Part shown: piece after piece, positions 38,701 through 51,800 of the stretch
How positions within the stretch are numbered: position 1 is the first letter of the stretch
Layout: each line of letters opens with the position of its first letter
Assembly (NCBI GenBank): GCA_002633005.1
Contig: NMRA01000031.1
Location: 1,380,858-1,444,857 of the forward strand
Length of the DNA stretch: 64,000 nt
Direction: 5' to 3'
Source of the DNA: Phoronis australis
Taxonomy: Eukaryota > Animalia > Phoronida
Notes under the pieces: generated by a model
Seen by the model: the letters and a program-made list of their open reading frames with translations, nothing else
What the model was told of the DNA's origin: nothing
Databases searched by the model: none
Position numbers and translations under genes: made by a program

Positions 38701-39113
38701 TTTGGGAAACGTTCTTCTGTGCTCAGCTCGCGGCACTCCAACTTCAGTCGATAAACGGCGGAGTATTAAAGGCGAAGGCAACCTTTTTCCATGTCATTTT
38801 GAGCTAAAATAAGGTTGGTTGGTTATCCTAGACATATTTTCCACTTAATTACAGCTTTTCGTAATTTTATTAATTACTCGTCCGCTACTGCGGAAGTGAC
38901 GTTTTAGGAGGCAAGCGTTTCCCGCTTGGTTTCGCGTTGACTTTACCGTGCGAATCTGTTCTATTCTACTTTTGTTTTGTGCTGTTTTTCAACAGTTGTC
39001 GCCACCACTTTCCATCGGCAAGTATTCTGCGGCAAGATAGGTTAGTAGAGAACTCAACTACGTTGGATTTAGGGAATGTTTAGTGTGTTGTAAGCTGTAA
39101 ATGACTGGAGTCG

Positions 39114-39402
39114 GTGACCCGTCACAGTGACAGGAGTGTGAGTGACAGAGACCTTGTTCACAGCAATGGTGACGAGGAATTTTTTCACGGACATTCAGTG
39201 GGTGGGTACATGTTTGAGCCCGAGTGTAACGAGGCAGAGTACGCACAGGCACAGGCAGCTGTTGAGAGAAACGAGGCGGCTACTGAGGACAGACGTGGTG
39301 ACACATCTTGGTGCAAATGCACTGTGTGCGTTGTTATGCCTACCTCAATGGAATGCTTGTGCTGTTCAGAGTTCGACGAGGCCAAGCCACTACTGGACAT
39401 GG
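39114..39402 (+). pseudogene. Truncated KolX-like Cys-rich protein (P2X7 C-terminal/ballast-like)
   Basis: GYMFEPE...WCKCTVCVVMPTSMECLCCSE motif; the similarity stops at ~39400; the nearest upstream ATG (39101) is out of frame. Confidence 0.75.
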
Positions 39403-40192
39403 TTAAGTGGACCTCCGGCATACCACGGACAGAGGAACAACTGTCCCGCTTGCCAGAGTGTCCCGCGACACACTCCCACTGGATGGTGACCTGAGCACCC
39501 AAACTGCTTACATCGTGTCGTGTGACTCCCTCGCCACACACCTGGCACCTTCTAAATAGCTCCAACACTTTAGACAAGTCCACAATAAACTTATCAAAGT
39601 TTGGCTCACCGATCTGTTCACTGGACGACGAACTGCCCTCTTCACTTGGTGTCGAACTGAGCCTGTTATCACTCCCACTACTCAATATCGCTGCAGGGCT
39701 GCTTAGAGGCTCTGGGCTGGAGAAAACAGCACAGGGCGAATCACTACTGGTTCCAGGAATTGCACGCTCTGGGGTACGTTCGGAGGCACGGGTGACAGTA
39801 GATGAAGTGCCTCCACTGGCTCCAGTCACTGTACTGGCCACAGCTCGCGAGGCTTCTCGCTTCAAAAACGCACTTCTCGGGGGTGGCGACGGGGCACTGC
39901 CGGGAATCAACACAGACGGAATGGCATCCTTCTTCAAGCGTTGTTTCGCGGGGACCTTCATCAGTTCAGCGTACAAATCCCTTTCGTAACCGGAGGGCAG
40001 AAAGTGCTTGCCACACACACGGTAATTCTCCACTGCTTTGTACGTTGCGTGGACGGGTAACGCTGCGTTCTTCACACGAACGAGCCAAGTACGGCGAAGT
40101 GTGCCATCCATCGGAAAGCGATGCAAAGGTACTCCTAAAGCGCGCGTGAGCCGATAACTAGTACATTCCGGTACGCAGCAACAGTGTGGCAT
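39185..40192 (-). CDS. THAP-domain N-terminal part of a Kolobok transposase, DDE core deleted (335-aa ORF)
   Basis: MPHCCCVPEC..LHRFP..W..VCGKHF..LKKDAIPS (THAP C2CH with AVP-like box), Ser-rich linker, CQVC..G..WECVAGH zinc module; the last ~70 aa are antisense KolX sequence. Confidence 0.85.
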   Translation of the reverse strand: MPHCCCVPECTSYRLTRALGVPLHRFPMDGTLRRTWLVRVKNAALPVHATYKAVENYRVCGKHFLPSGYERDLYAELMKVPAKQRLKKDAIPSVLIPGSAPSPPPRSAFLKREASRAVASTVTGASGGTSSTVTRASERTPERAIPGTSSDSPCAVFSSPEPLSSPAAILSSGSDNRLSSTPSEEGSSSSSEQIGEPNFDKFIVDLSKVLELFRRCQVCGEGVTRHDVSSLGAQVTIQWECVAGHSGKRDSCSSVRGMPEVHLTMSSSGLASSNSEQHKHSIEVGITTHTVHLHQDVSPRLSSVAASFLSTAACACAYSASLHSGSNMYPPTECP

Positions 40193-43100
40193 GTTGACTG
40201 ACTAGTAAATGAAAGCAAACGACGACGGAACTTAACACAACCGAGGTAGAACAATGACTGACTCAGCAGCTCTTACCGTCAGACTATATGAAAAGAAATT
40301 GGCGCGAAATGCTTGCCTCCTAAAACGTCACTTCCGCAGTAGCGGACGAGTAATTAATAAATTACGAAAAGCTGTAATTAAGTGGAAAATATGTCTAGGA
40401 TAACCAACCAACCTTATTTTAGCTCAAAATGACATGGAAAAAGGTTGCCTTCGCCTTTAACAGGCTTGATTTCAATGACTGTCTGGCAGGCAACGGTCAG
40501 AATTGTCGATTTGTAATGGTATTCGAAAAGCACATCTAATTTTGTAGTTTCCATCCAAAAACAATCCCAAAATGCGTTGCTTGCTCTTAAAACCGACAAC
40601 GTCCTTTAAAAAATAGTTGACCATAGAGCCATTGCAGGCGACACGCTATACAAAGGACATTCAAGAACGCTCATGCAAGATGATCATGCTTTGGTGTAGG
40701 TGTTTTATGAAATTTGAAAATATATGGAAATGTTGCAGTTACCCAGAGCATACGAAAATTCAGTGACATTTTGGTTATGTGCTATGTAGGTGCAGCGCTG
40801 TATTTTGACACCGTGAAAAATACCCCATAGATAATTTTCAACGTTGAAAGATGACCCCAGGTGACTCTTTCATCGTGTATAAACTTAGACGTGTGGAATG
40901 TTCAACGTGAGAAAAAATGGCACCGCCGCTGTTCACGTCTTGTCAGCTAATGCAATTGTTAAGGTACAGGGTCTGGGGTAGGGCGTCTTCCTGTGGTTTC
41001 GTATATTGAAGAACTGCAACCAAGTGTCGGCTGGTGGCTTTAACTTTAGGTGAAGGGGTAGTTCATGTATGTGTTCCGAGTCCCTTTTCTAAGAAGTTTC
41101 TCATGTATTTCGTCCGTTATTAGTCTGACTCTGAAGCAAGACGCAAACATCAGATAAATTTGAAGCGACCACAAACCAAGAAAGGTTGTCAGCTAATAGC
41201 AAACCGGGCAGACCTACGATTGTAGTGTTGTTGGCAGCTTTTTAGTCAGCTCAAATTACAAAGGCACGTGCAATAGGAGGGGTTCACTTCTGTGGGCGCG
41301 CACGTTATAAGAACCCTGGTCAGTAGAGTAGCTATACAGCATTTCGACACACAGTAATCAGATGGGTCGCCCTGAAATCCCCCAAAAAGCAAATTTGTTG
41401 TCAAATGTGAATCAGTCCGACGCGTCCGACGGCAATAAGAAACCTTCAATAGATTCATGTGAAACAAAATCGACAGCGCGACACAACGTTTTTCGCTATT
41501 TCCACCACGTAAATGTTTATGTTGTGAAAGACTTTAACTCATAGCCCACAGACTGACAGCACTATATAATGAGGAGTACGCAGAATTCGCTGACAGATGG
41601 GGTTCTAGCTGTAGACAGTAAGCCTGTTCACTGTCATCGGCAATCTCCACATTTGATTTTATTGTCACATTTCTGTATAATATCTAAACAACGGTATCAA
41701 TACAGTGACCAAATTTTGTTCTATTTAAATCTTCATTTAAAATCCCAAAAAATCCTGTAACATTTTTTTGAGATTATCGCTTCGTATTTATTTTATTCAA
41801 CTTTTATTTTGTATAAAAACACAAAATAAATCCGATCAGCCATTTCCGAGATACGATATTCCGAAGTTAGCCAAATTTGGCCCTTTTCTTGGCTATGACA
41901 TTTTTCTAAGGTGCATGATATTTTGAAAAAAGCTGTGGTATTTTGTAGCCAGTACATGTATGCTATTCAGTTGTCCAATACTAACACATATACATTTCTT
42001 CAAGTGATCTCGCTGTGCATCTTGAGGACAATTAACTACGCGCTTCATTATAGACACATAGTTTGAAGTCATTTCATTTCAGTTTCCTTGGCTTTTGTCC
42101 CTGCATCCTGCATGGTAACTCAGAAATGGCAATTTCAATAAACTAAGTTTTCGATCCCGTATTACCCGACTGTCAATTTCGTCAAAACATTTTAGTATAT
42201 TTAGCTTTAAGGGGAATCTCCCAGTTAAAATGAGAGCGAAGAAGCCACAGCCTAAAAAACTACCCATTGTCACTAGCCACGTCGCGCGAACTATGGTCGG
42301 GGTTTTTCACGTGGTGAAGGTAATAGTCAACGATTGAAATCTGGGTTTGCTCTGCTTCGTTTAGCCTCGCACTCCCCTCCCAAGTCACATGCTGGGTACG
42401 GGGATGTGGCTAGTCGTGCCCCCGAGTACAGAGATCAGCTGACAACGAGTGCGCTTAGAATGTGAAGTTCTATCTCTAGTGATCCGACGTTCTTTATAGA
42501 ACCGCGATTATTCGAGAGTGAAACCTTTCACATGTTACGCATTCAGACTGGAAACCAGCAGAAACTTCCCATGTTTATTTTCACAGACAGATTCACTAAA
42601 GTCACGACAAAATATCGATTGGAGGTAATTGTAATTAGTTCCAAGTAAGATGATCACGCCAGAGTTTGTTGTCGCGCACGCACAATGTGTTTGCCATATT
42701 GAAATGTTACGTGTAAATTCTCACTACGCGATAGACAAAATAGGCCTTAATAACAAAGATGGTAGGTAAGAACAGTTTTTTAAGTGCTGTGAGAATTTTA
42801 CTATTGGAGGAAGTGAATTATGTTGTTACGTAACTCCGTTTTTAGAAATATACACCAAAAAGGGGGATAATAAGCTTCCTCTCAGTGTCTGCACAAATAA
42901 AGGTAACCCCGCGTAGTCACAAGGGCACCTTGGAAGTTGTGACGACGAGAGAGGGGCTGAGAAAACTAAGACGACAAGAGGGCATCTCGAAAATTGTGAT
43001 GCAGGACCAGGAAATACGAGCAGACCGGCTATGACTGCTGGTATCGGATGAATCACAAAATTGAGTTCATTACTTTTGGAGATGAAGAGTTGGAAGGAGG

Positions 43101-44404
43101 AATCCTTATGCAGTTGCATTCCACTTTTGTTTGAGGAAGAAGTGGGGTTGATTTTTTAAACTTTAACGCCATATTGGTCTTGAGGTGCAGTGAGATTCGC
43201 TACATTTTTAGTATAAGCTGTCTGTTTCTTCTTCGCGAATGAGTTTTTTCGTGGTGTCGTCAGGGGCGCTGAGGTTGATAAGGGTTTCTCCTGCGCTGCA
43301 AGAGGTCGAGGTGTCAAAATCTTGAAAAGGTAATGTTGGTGTGTCATATAATAAACCCGTACCTGAGTTCATTATGACCGCTGCGTGGGCGCGTTACTTC
43401 GTTATAATGTGTCTCCATTGTGTGTGTTGAAAAGCGAGTGTTGTGAGGCCACGGGGAGGTGGTACTTGAGATTCACGAGACTAGACAAATACCAAAAACC
43501 AAACTGTATTCTAAAGAGTGACTAGAAAACAACAATAATGCGTTTGAAGTGACTGCAATGACACACGTTTTCAAAACCACCATAAAAATAATGGTCCGTG
43601 AAATGAAACTCCGTCATCCAGGAAGGAGGCAACTGAAATTACCAGTATCCTCGGCTTCTAAAAGTTTGTAAGGCCCGGAAAAATGTAATCCGGCAGAGCT
43701 CAAGTTAGCACGATAAACTTTCCTAAAATTCGAAGAAATATAATCACTAAAATTCTCATTTTCCATACTTCAAACGCTCAAAACACCGGTTAGAATGTCC
43801 ATATTTATACTTGTGTTTGATATTGACAGCGGTAAACTGCGCAAATAATGAAGTAAAGTTCATGTTCCTTGAATTATTTCGGTAATGGTCGGATAACCAG
43901 TTTTCTCCACTGAATAACGGGTATCAAACTGGTTATCAAAATACGGACCCGTTATATCCGACTATTGCCAATTTTTCAAAAAATTCAGTTTCACGGCTCT
44001 TCCTCGTAGTCAGGAAAAGAAATGCAGAAGACAGCGGAAGCTTGTAGCAGGTAACAGCACAATAACAACACGCCAAATCAATAGAATGTCTGACATTTAT
44101 AACTTTATCTGTAAAATGATAAGAATATTTATATACACACATTGAAAAATATCATAAATATATTAAAATATATAACCAATCCGACTGACGAATCAAAGCA
44201 CCGGGAGGTTTCACCGAGTAGGAAAACATTTTGTCATCCACTATAAAACCAAAAAGTTGAGGACATAGGTATGGGTTTAAATGATAATACATGACAATGG
44301 GAAGAGTTTAAAAACTTCAAATTTTGCACGACGCGGTCGTCTACGGTTGTAATCAACCGCAGCATTGTAGTTGTTCAACATTTGTTCTTTTACCCTAGGA
44401 CATT

Positions 44405-44570
44405 CAGGGGCGGATCCTGGATTTTTATTTAGGGAGGGGGGGGGGCAGGGCAGAGTATTAGCCAGAATTTTGCCCGTCAAACATTCGTACCACCGAACTG
44501 CCTAATGAAATCTAGGACACTTTTAGGGGGGGCCATGTCCCCCTTGGCCAACCTCTAAGTCCGCCACCGA
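44405..44570 (+). mobile_element. MITE of the cagggggcggat...ccgccac family
   Basis: Same termini and interior (cattcg.acc.ccgaactgcc, ttttagggggg.ccatg) as 24560-24715. Confidence 0.7.
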
Positions 44571-45834
44571 CTGACATTGACCGCAGCTTGGTCACGACTA
44601 GCTAGAGGGTATAATGCGAAAATAGACTTATCAGAAGCACGTTAGGAACACCATTATCTTAGCTTGATCTGCTTAAGGTCAAACCAAGCTCATCGTTGTG
44701 ACACAATGTAACCCTAAGACAGGCCACGCGACACCGTCTTGTTGCCGACTCGTGACGCAATGTAAAGGTGACGGGGAAAAAACCGGAAGCGCGAAACGAG
44801 AAAATTCCATCGAACCCAAATAGTGTAGGCTTTTTGTAAACCTGCCTTCCGGAACGAATTTTTGATTTAGAGCATTTGCTGCTATAATTCTGATCGCAAC
44901 CTGTTCCCTTTTTAAAAAGAAAAATAGAGCCTAGACTTGGAAAAGTGGCAGTTTTTGCTTGAGACCACGCTAGGTGTAAAATGACCCACCAAGGGCAAGC
45001 AAACTAGTTGAACCTCCTCGGAACAATAATCAACTACCAGTTCAACCCAAATATCACATGTGATTTGAGTAAGGCACAAGTTGAGACCGATACGTTGCCC
45101 ACAAAATGAATGATGTCATTAGGTTGAAACAGCTGACCATAGTGACATGCGCCCAGACTTGAGATTACTCAGTTAAGGTACTTATTAAATATCTTGTACA
45201 ACGCTGGTATGTACACACACACACACTCACAGATACACCACTGGATAAAAGATCACCAAAAGCCCCACTATGAGCGAGAGGTGGCTTGAACTCATCAAAT
45301 AGTTGGCAGTGACCAACGAAATATAGACGGATACATCCATAACTCAAGAGTTTCTTGTTCCTGTTAGAGAAGACTTCTCATTAGTATAACACCTAAATCC
45401 TGTTACTGTTCAAAGTAACATACACCAGAAGCCTGACCAGTCGCGGACATACATGTTAATAGGCGAGTGAAAGTGCACACCACTAGTGTCTTGATATAGG
45501 CCACACACATTGCTTCAGTCAGTCACTGACGACCGATATGAGAAAGCCTCGGACTACTGAACTGTAGGCAGCGCAGTCTTTTCATAAGGCAACATTGACT
45601 TCATTCTTGAACGAACTACAAGAACGTCCACCCAGTCATTCGCCGACAGAACTTTATGGAATGACGCGACTCTTTCGCCAGCCGGCCCTAAGACTGTCGT
45701 TAGCATAGGACACCAAACCACCATAGCGTGCAAGGTTTTTCCCAGGACGTTTCCCGAGGCTCCGTCACTAACAACAAGTCCAACAACGCTAGTGTCAGTT
45801 CAGTCGAGCAGCAGACTTCTCAATGCAATCGCGC

Positions 45835-48800
45835 TCATTTTGTGGTTAAATTCAACGGCTCTTCGTCGTATCTAAACACAAGAGCAGATAACTATCGTAT
45901 TATAAGCAACCATGTAAGCTAACTATGTATACACCAAGTATGCAATGATTTAACACAAATGTGACTGTTCTCGGATTTTATTATAGACTAAAGTCTTCAT
46001 GTAGAATTGATTCACAACAAATGACATTTTACACTAAAATAGATAAGAAAGTCTGTCCAACAATTACCAGAAGCGTCGACAGAAACTACAATAAAGCAAC
46101 GTTAAGGATTTTTACTTACGTTGGAACGGTCATGTCCCGGCTCCACTGGTAGCCATTCATGCCTGCATAGGTCGGCGTTACAGCGACTGTATCTACCAAT
46201 CCCATCATGCTCGACATTGGAAGCAGACGATGTGGCTCCGGCATGAAAGGCGCATGTGAAGCCACTTGGCCATAGGCAGGGGACATTACTCGAAGGTTCA
46301 TCAAAGCTTCGGCTTTGAACTTGCTGTCCGTCTGAACATATCTGGGCTGACTGACGTTTGGAAGTGAAGAGCTCTTGGAATGCATCATGTCCGCTACTAA
46401 GTTTTTGTTTACGTCGAGTTTGTTTAGGCCAATGTTTTTCAGATTTTCCATACTATCAATCCTACGCAGCACTGTGTCCTTCAGATGAGAAACCGCTCTG
46501 CGGTGTATCGATGCTTGTTCCGGTTTGGCTAGCGCATGCGTGTACCGTGCCTCCATGTTTGTGGAATCACCAAGTCTTTCTAAAATGCTATGGATGCCGT
46601 GTAAGGGCAAGCGGCGCTTTTCCTGCTCATAAAGCTCAAGTCGTGACTGAATGTTCATAACTGGTGAACTTCTGGGCTCGTCAACAGCCATCAACTCCTT
46701 GCGGATGGCCCATTCAGCTAAAGTCTGGAACGAAATTTCCTTTTTCATTCCTTCTGCGCTATTATCTGCAATTTCTGGCTTGATCTTCGCCCAGTGCTCT
46801 CCCTTCAAATTTTTCTTCGCATCGCAGGGATGTTCGGGGGAAACCTTAGAAATGCAATCTTGAATTGGTCCACACCGCGATGCCACGGACTGTTTCATCT
46901 GTGGAGGTAGACTTGTCTCAACAGGAGACTCGCGTGGAGCAGGCACGGCAGGTGCAGTCTCGTCTACCCAACTACCTCTACAACCGGTGCTCTCAGTAGT
47001 TCCCTCATTCCAGTTCTTAATATACTTCCGCTTCTTCAGAGCGACCCCGTGCTCAGAGTGCGGGGGAGTTAGAGACGAACTCTTTGTAAGAAGTTCGGCG
47101 TCCTGAAACGTGAAAACATACCGTCTCAACTATGTTCAAAAGAGAATTGTCACAAAACACTCGAGCACTGCATAATTTTATGACTGCACGACCACCTACA
47201 TTTTGTTAAAATAGAGTCAAAGTTAGATGGGCAGGATGTTTGAATTGTTCAAATAAAACGAACAGTTATGAGAGAATATTTTTTCGTGCTTATTTTTACT
47301 CATGATTTGTACTTGAACCAGCGCATAATTATGTAGCTACTAGTCTTTACACTCTATTTCGTCCAGGTATCAACTAAGGAAAAACTAACTTACACTCCTT
47401 GATCGTTTGCGAATACCACTGCCGCCAACTGGCGTTCCCTCCCCAGTAGGCCGCTCGGACTGCACACCTGGGCTAGAGCACACGCTTGTCCCCGCTCTTT
47501 CAGGTCTCGACGCAATCTGCACAGTGAAGCGGCCACTGGTTAAGTCATTAGGCGGGCTTTCGCTTGTGAGGCTTGGTTGCCGAGTAACATCCATCACAGG
47601 TCGACCGAGAGCGGATGGCATAGTATACCGTCTAACGAGAGGAACAACTTGTTCGTAGTCTTGATCGTTCATCAGTGGACCAGGCTCGGAGAGACACGGA
47701 CTAGGAATGTTATTGCATCGCTGTGACGTCGAACTAATTACGTTGCTTAATTGCTTTTGTTCCTTAGTTGATCTGTAACCCAACCAAATGCAAAATGACA
47801 GGTGATTGGTCAGAAATCAGATGAAGTGCTTTAACATTTGTGCAAGTTGATCAGGCACAACTGAAAGCTCCGCCTACTTTCACCTGACCACCAATCTGCT
47901 CGGCACTTGCTTTGACACACGTGTCACCAGTGGAGACAATCAACTAAGTGATAACTTAAATGAGACAAAATTGAAAAGAAAAAGCTTTAACGAGGACAGA
48001 CATTAGCGAACACGGTGAAAAGACGTGGCAGTGTGATGTGTTCAAGTGCAACTGGGCATCCAGATAAGGTCACAAGCATTACTTATGTAACGTGTCCAAA
48101 GTCCCGGCAACATCATCGGGAGAAACGGCTGCTCTGTATCAATCTATGCGACCAGTCGCGTGATCTGAATCCATAAAATATCCGTTTCCAGACCTACCCG
48201 CATGAAGACAGTTTAGATGATCTTTTGTAGATTAACCTCTTTCAACTGCAATAATGCAGCGGAATTTTGCGAATTCAAGGGTGAAAATTATGAGATTTCG
48301 TTCCACAAATTCTACGAGGGTCAAAGGTGCTTCAATTTTGAACAAATTAATAACGAAGTCATGACTCTTACTTTGCCATGCAAAAGGAACGAGCTTCCTC
48401 GACTTATTTGCTGTTTACATACTCGGAAAAGTCACTTTTTAGGCGACAACAAAATTTTCTGTCCTCCGTTTCTTACCCTAGTTTGTGGTCAACTCTAGAA
48501 ATTGTCGAGGACTTATCCGCTTGGCAGACGACCTTTTCCGAGTGCAATGTGTTGAGAGTTCTGATGTCTGGTATCTTTAGCAGAAGTCCTTGTAAATCTA
48601 AAGGAAAAGGACAATAATAGGATAGCTACAGCCAGCACTTGGTCGTCTTACCCATCACCATGATATTGAGAAATGAGTATTTAACAGTTTATTTCACAAT
48701 GCGATTGAAAAAGCAAATAAGTCAGTTAGTAATAGCATATTTTGCTGGTTATCTTTATTAACATGTCAAAACCAAACTATTATTAATTTACAAGAGGTAT

Positions 48801-51800
48801 GAGACCGAAGCATTACCAGGACCTTGGGGAGACATGAGGTCACCAAGGCAACCAATAATTTGCTGCTGTATTCTGTCAACCGTGTCCGGGTTTCGGAGAC
48901 CTGGCCGATCTAGAACAAACAGCAAGACAATATTTGACATTTCTCTTCTCTCTTAAAATGAACATTTATCGGTTTTACGATGGAAAAACGCATTTTAGTG
49001 ATTTTTACTGTTTTGGTAGATGTTTTGAATTTATTACCTCTGACCAGAGGTAGTTTAATGGCTTTACTACAAATCGCCTCCATTTCCGGACCTTCAGTTA
49101 ACTCTTCAGCAGAGCGCCTGGCTGCAAACGCTTAGAATCCGCGCAGGGGCTGACTTCAGAAAATCCCCTTTAGCCCCAATTACGTCACTTATTTACAGAT
49201 ATTTTGGAAATGTTTCGTACCATAATTCACTCCTGTAAAGGCAAACTTTCCACTTCAAAAAAGGGGCATTTAGCCAAGCATAACACTTTACAGACACTGA
49301 CGACAAATAACGATGGCAAAGCCTCTGGTGGATACTAGGCAAGCCTTAACTTGAAATCACGTGGTGGATACGTAGAGATTTGAAACAGTTCAATTTGACC
49401 AATGTTCGACTAAAACGTGTCGTACCTGGCGCTAGAAGAACCAGGGCTGAAAATAGTGCCGTCTCCTCCTCCGTAAGGTTATAGCCACTCAGTTGATTGG
49501 CGAATCCGAACATCGCCTCAATAAGGAAACTAGATGAGCTAGAGTTCTGGAAAAAATGGGAATCTGATGTTTACGACAGAACACGCGATTTGAGATGCTA
49601 AAAACAAGGCCTTAACAATCTTTAATCATTAAGAAGGACGTGACGCATTTCTAATTGCAGCATAGTCGTCACAAAACAGTGAGCATCCGTTTAAGACTAT
49701 TTAAGTACAATTAACCGGCAATCACCAGGTTCCCCGCTCAGTAAGTAAAACCTCACTAATTTAGGAGGTCATGTGGCGGATACGTGATGCTTTTACACAA
49801 GTTGAAGGTTTGTTCCGTAGCTAACACGAAAAAAATATAAAAATTTGCGGACATCCACAAGTTAAAAGGCCTTGAAAATGAAAAAAAGAAAATGGAAATT
49901 TTATCAGAAGTTGGTGAGATTTTATCAAAACCAATGTTCTGGCATTTGTTGCTCCTTGATTGACAGCTTGCTTGATTATCCTGTTTTGAAACGTCTCGCA
50001 TGTTAAACACGCCTTCGAAAATAAGCAAATCATTTTACTCACAAGAGCAACGCAGAGTGTTGAAATGCGCCCACGAATGCATCGCAAACGGTGTGCTTCT
50101 AGGGGTGTTTATTTGTATGATAAAAATAACCACTAGATGGCGCAGAATACGTCGAATTCATCCGGAAACGATAACATATCATAGTTGCTTTAAAATTTCA
50201 TAAAAATCCGGCAAAAAAGTTAGGAGAAACAGAGGAAAACGAAAAAAAAAAATGAAATTGCCACTATGAGGCAAAGCGTTCGTCGGGTCCGTTTGAAAGT
50301 TGTCGTCGTCTGCAGTCAACTTCATATAAATACCCTTGCTGAATTTAATAAGAATCCTGCAGTGCCTTTAGGAGATACAGCTACGGGCGCAAAAAAAGAA
50401 CAAAAATGCCACTAGGAGGCGCCAGAGCAGTCGAAGTTGTCTGAAAATCATCATCAACTGTCCCATTCACACTAAAGACATATACATGTCAATTTTCACA
50501 ATCATCTTTAGAATGGTTTGGTTGATAGCGGGGAGGATGCCAAAACCATACTCTAAAACAGTAAAAATGTCCACCAGGTGACACAAAATACTTCGAATCC
50601 ATAGAATGGCGTCATCTCACTAACTGATGCCTATGTGCCAAATTTCATGAAATTCCGGACTTTTGAAGAAACAGAGGTAAGCGTAAAATCTAAAATTGCC
50701 ACTAGGAGGCATACCGGTAGTCCGATCCGTCCGAAATTCGTAGTTGAGATCCGTCGTCAACTTCATAGAAACACATCTGCCGAATCTCATCAAGATCCTG
50801 TGACTGGTTTAGGAGACACAGCTGCGGACGCCCAGACAAAGATGACGACAATATGCACCCACATATAAATATGTGGGTGCATAAAAATCATTCAGACTTA
50901 TATCGCATAATCAAACTTTGCGATCGTTTCCTATCTGCTATTAACCTTTCTGTCGAATACGCACATTTTCTGATTTTTTTAAAGACTACCAGTAACGTTA
51001 AATGGAGCTGTTTTATCGATGATATTTACGTACCAAGGGGCAAGTAGAAAGCCTTCCGTTTAAATACATTATCGTATTGGCGCTTGCGTTGTACAGCCGC
51101 GACAACCAGACCAGTACAACCTCAAAGGTGCCGGCCTTTAACAGGGTACCCTGGTCGTCCTGGCTCAAGAAATCAAAACCAGGGATACCCTTCGCGAATT
51201 CGACTACGTTCCGGATAACGTCTGAGTAATGGCTGGTCCCAGCTTGTCCATTAGTGGACGGGTTAAGCTGTTGGAGAGGGCAGTACTGTAATAGAGCGTG
51301 TAATAGTTACTAATGGGCACTCCACACCACATAATGTTGATATGTCAAACAAAATGTTAATACTATTCATAAACTTTTGATTTTTGACGTAGACATGGCA
51401 AAAAAGTATCGTGTGGAATTTCAACACATCTAATGCTACTCGTGTCGTTTCTACAACAGTATACTCCATTCGGGCACTTTACCATTTGTGTTTCCGCTTG
51501 CTGGCTCCAGTCACAGGTCCTATGCAGTGTTTGCTGAGTGTTTCCCCAGGTGTCTCTGTAAGCGCTGATGATCGTCTCGCCCAGACGACAGTTGCTGAGC
51601 ACATGATTCAGTGCACTTAGCTGCGATTGGTTACTCACACGCTGCATTTGTTCCATAATTTTCTCTTTTTCTTTCTTGGGAACTCTACCAAAGCGCACGG
51701 CTACGATAAAAACGGTAAACCAGTTTGATAAAATATACTCAATAACAAAATGATCAGAAATACATATTTGTGTAGTTTTATGAAGAGCTTCACATTATAT

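Larger units (their letters stand above)
38770..40456. mobile_element. Internally deleted Kolobok DNA transposon (1687 bp)
   Basis: TTAA TSD (38766-69, 40457-60), AGG...CCT termini, ~147-bp near-perfect TIRs (38770-38916 / 40311-40456), single TTAA at the empty site 34283-86, two convergent coding remnants. Confidence 0.9.
32131..42831. repeat. ~4.5-kb tandem duplication (32131-36666 / 36668-42831) joined by a single N
   Basis: Colinear copies with scattered SNPs and indels; N at 36667; copy 2 carries an extra 1.7-kb insertion. Confidence 0.92.

Noticed and set aside
38770-40456. piggyBac or P-element assignment, or a host THAP gene
   Set aside because: TTAA TSD but AGG rather than CCC termini, no 8-bp TSD, and a convergent Cys-rich gene all point to Kolobok; the TIRs and empty site exclude a domesticated gene.
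46116-47129. Stand-alone 337-aa gene
   Set aside because: Bounded by splice sites in phase with the E75 exons; it is the F-domain exon.
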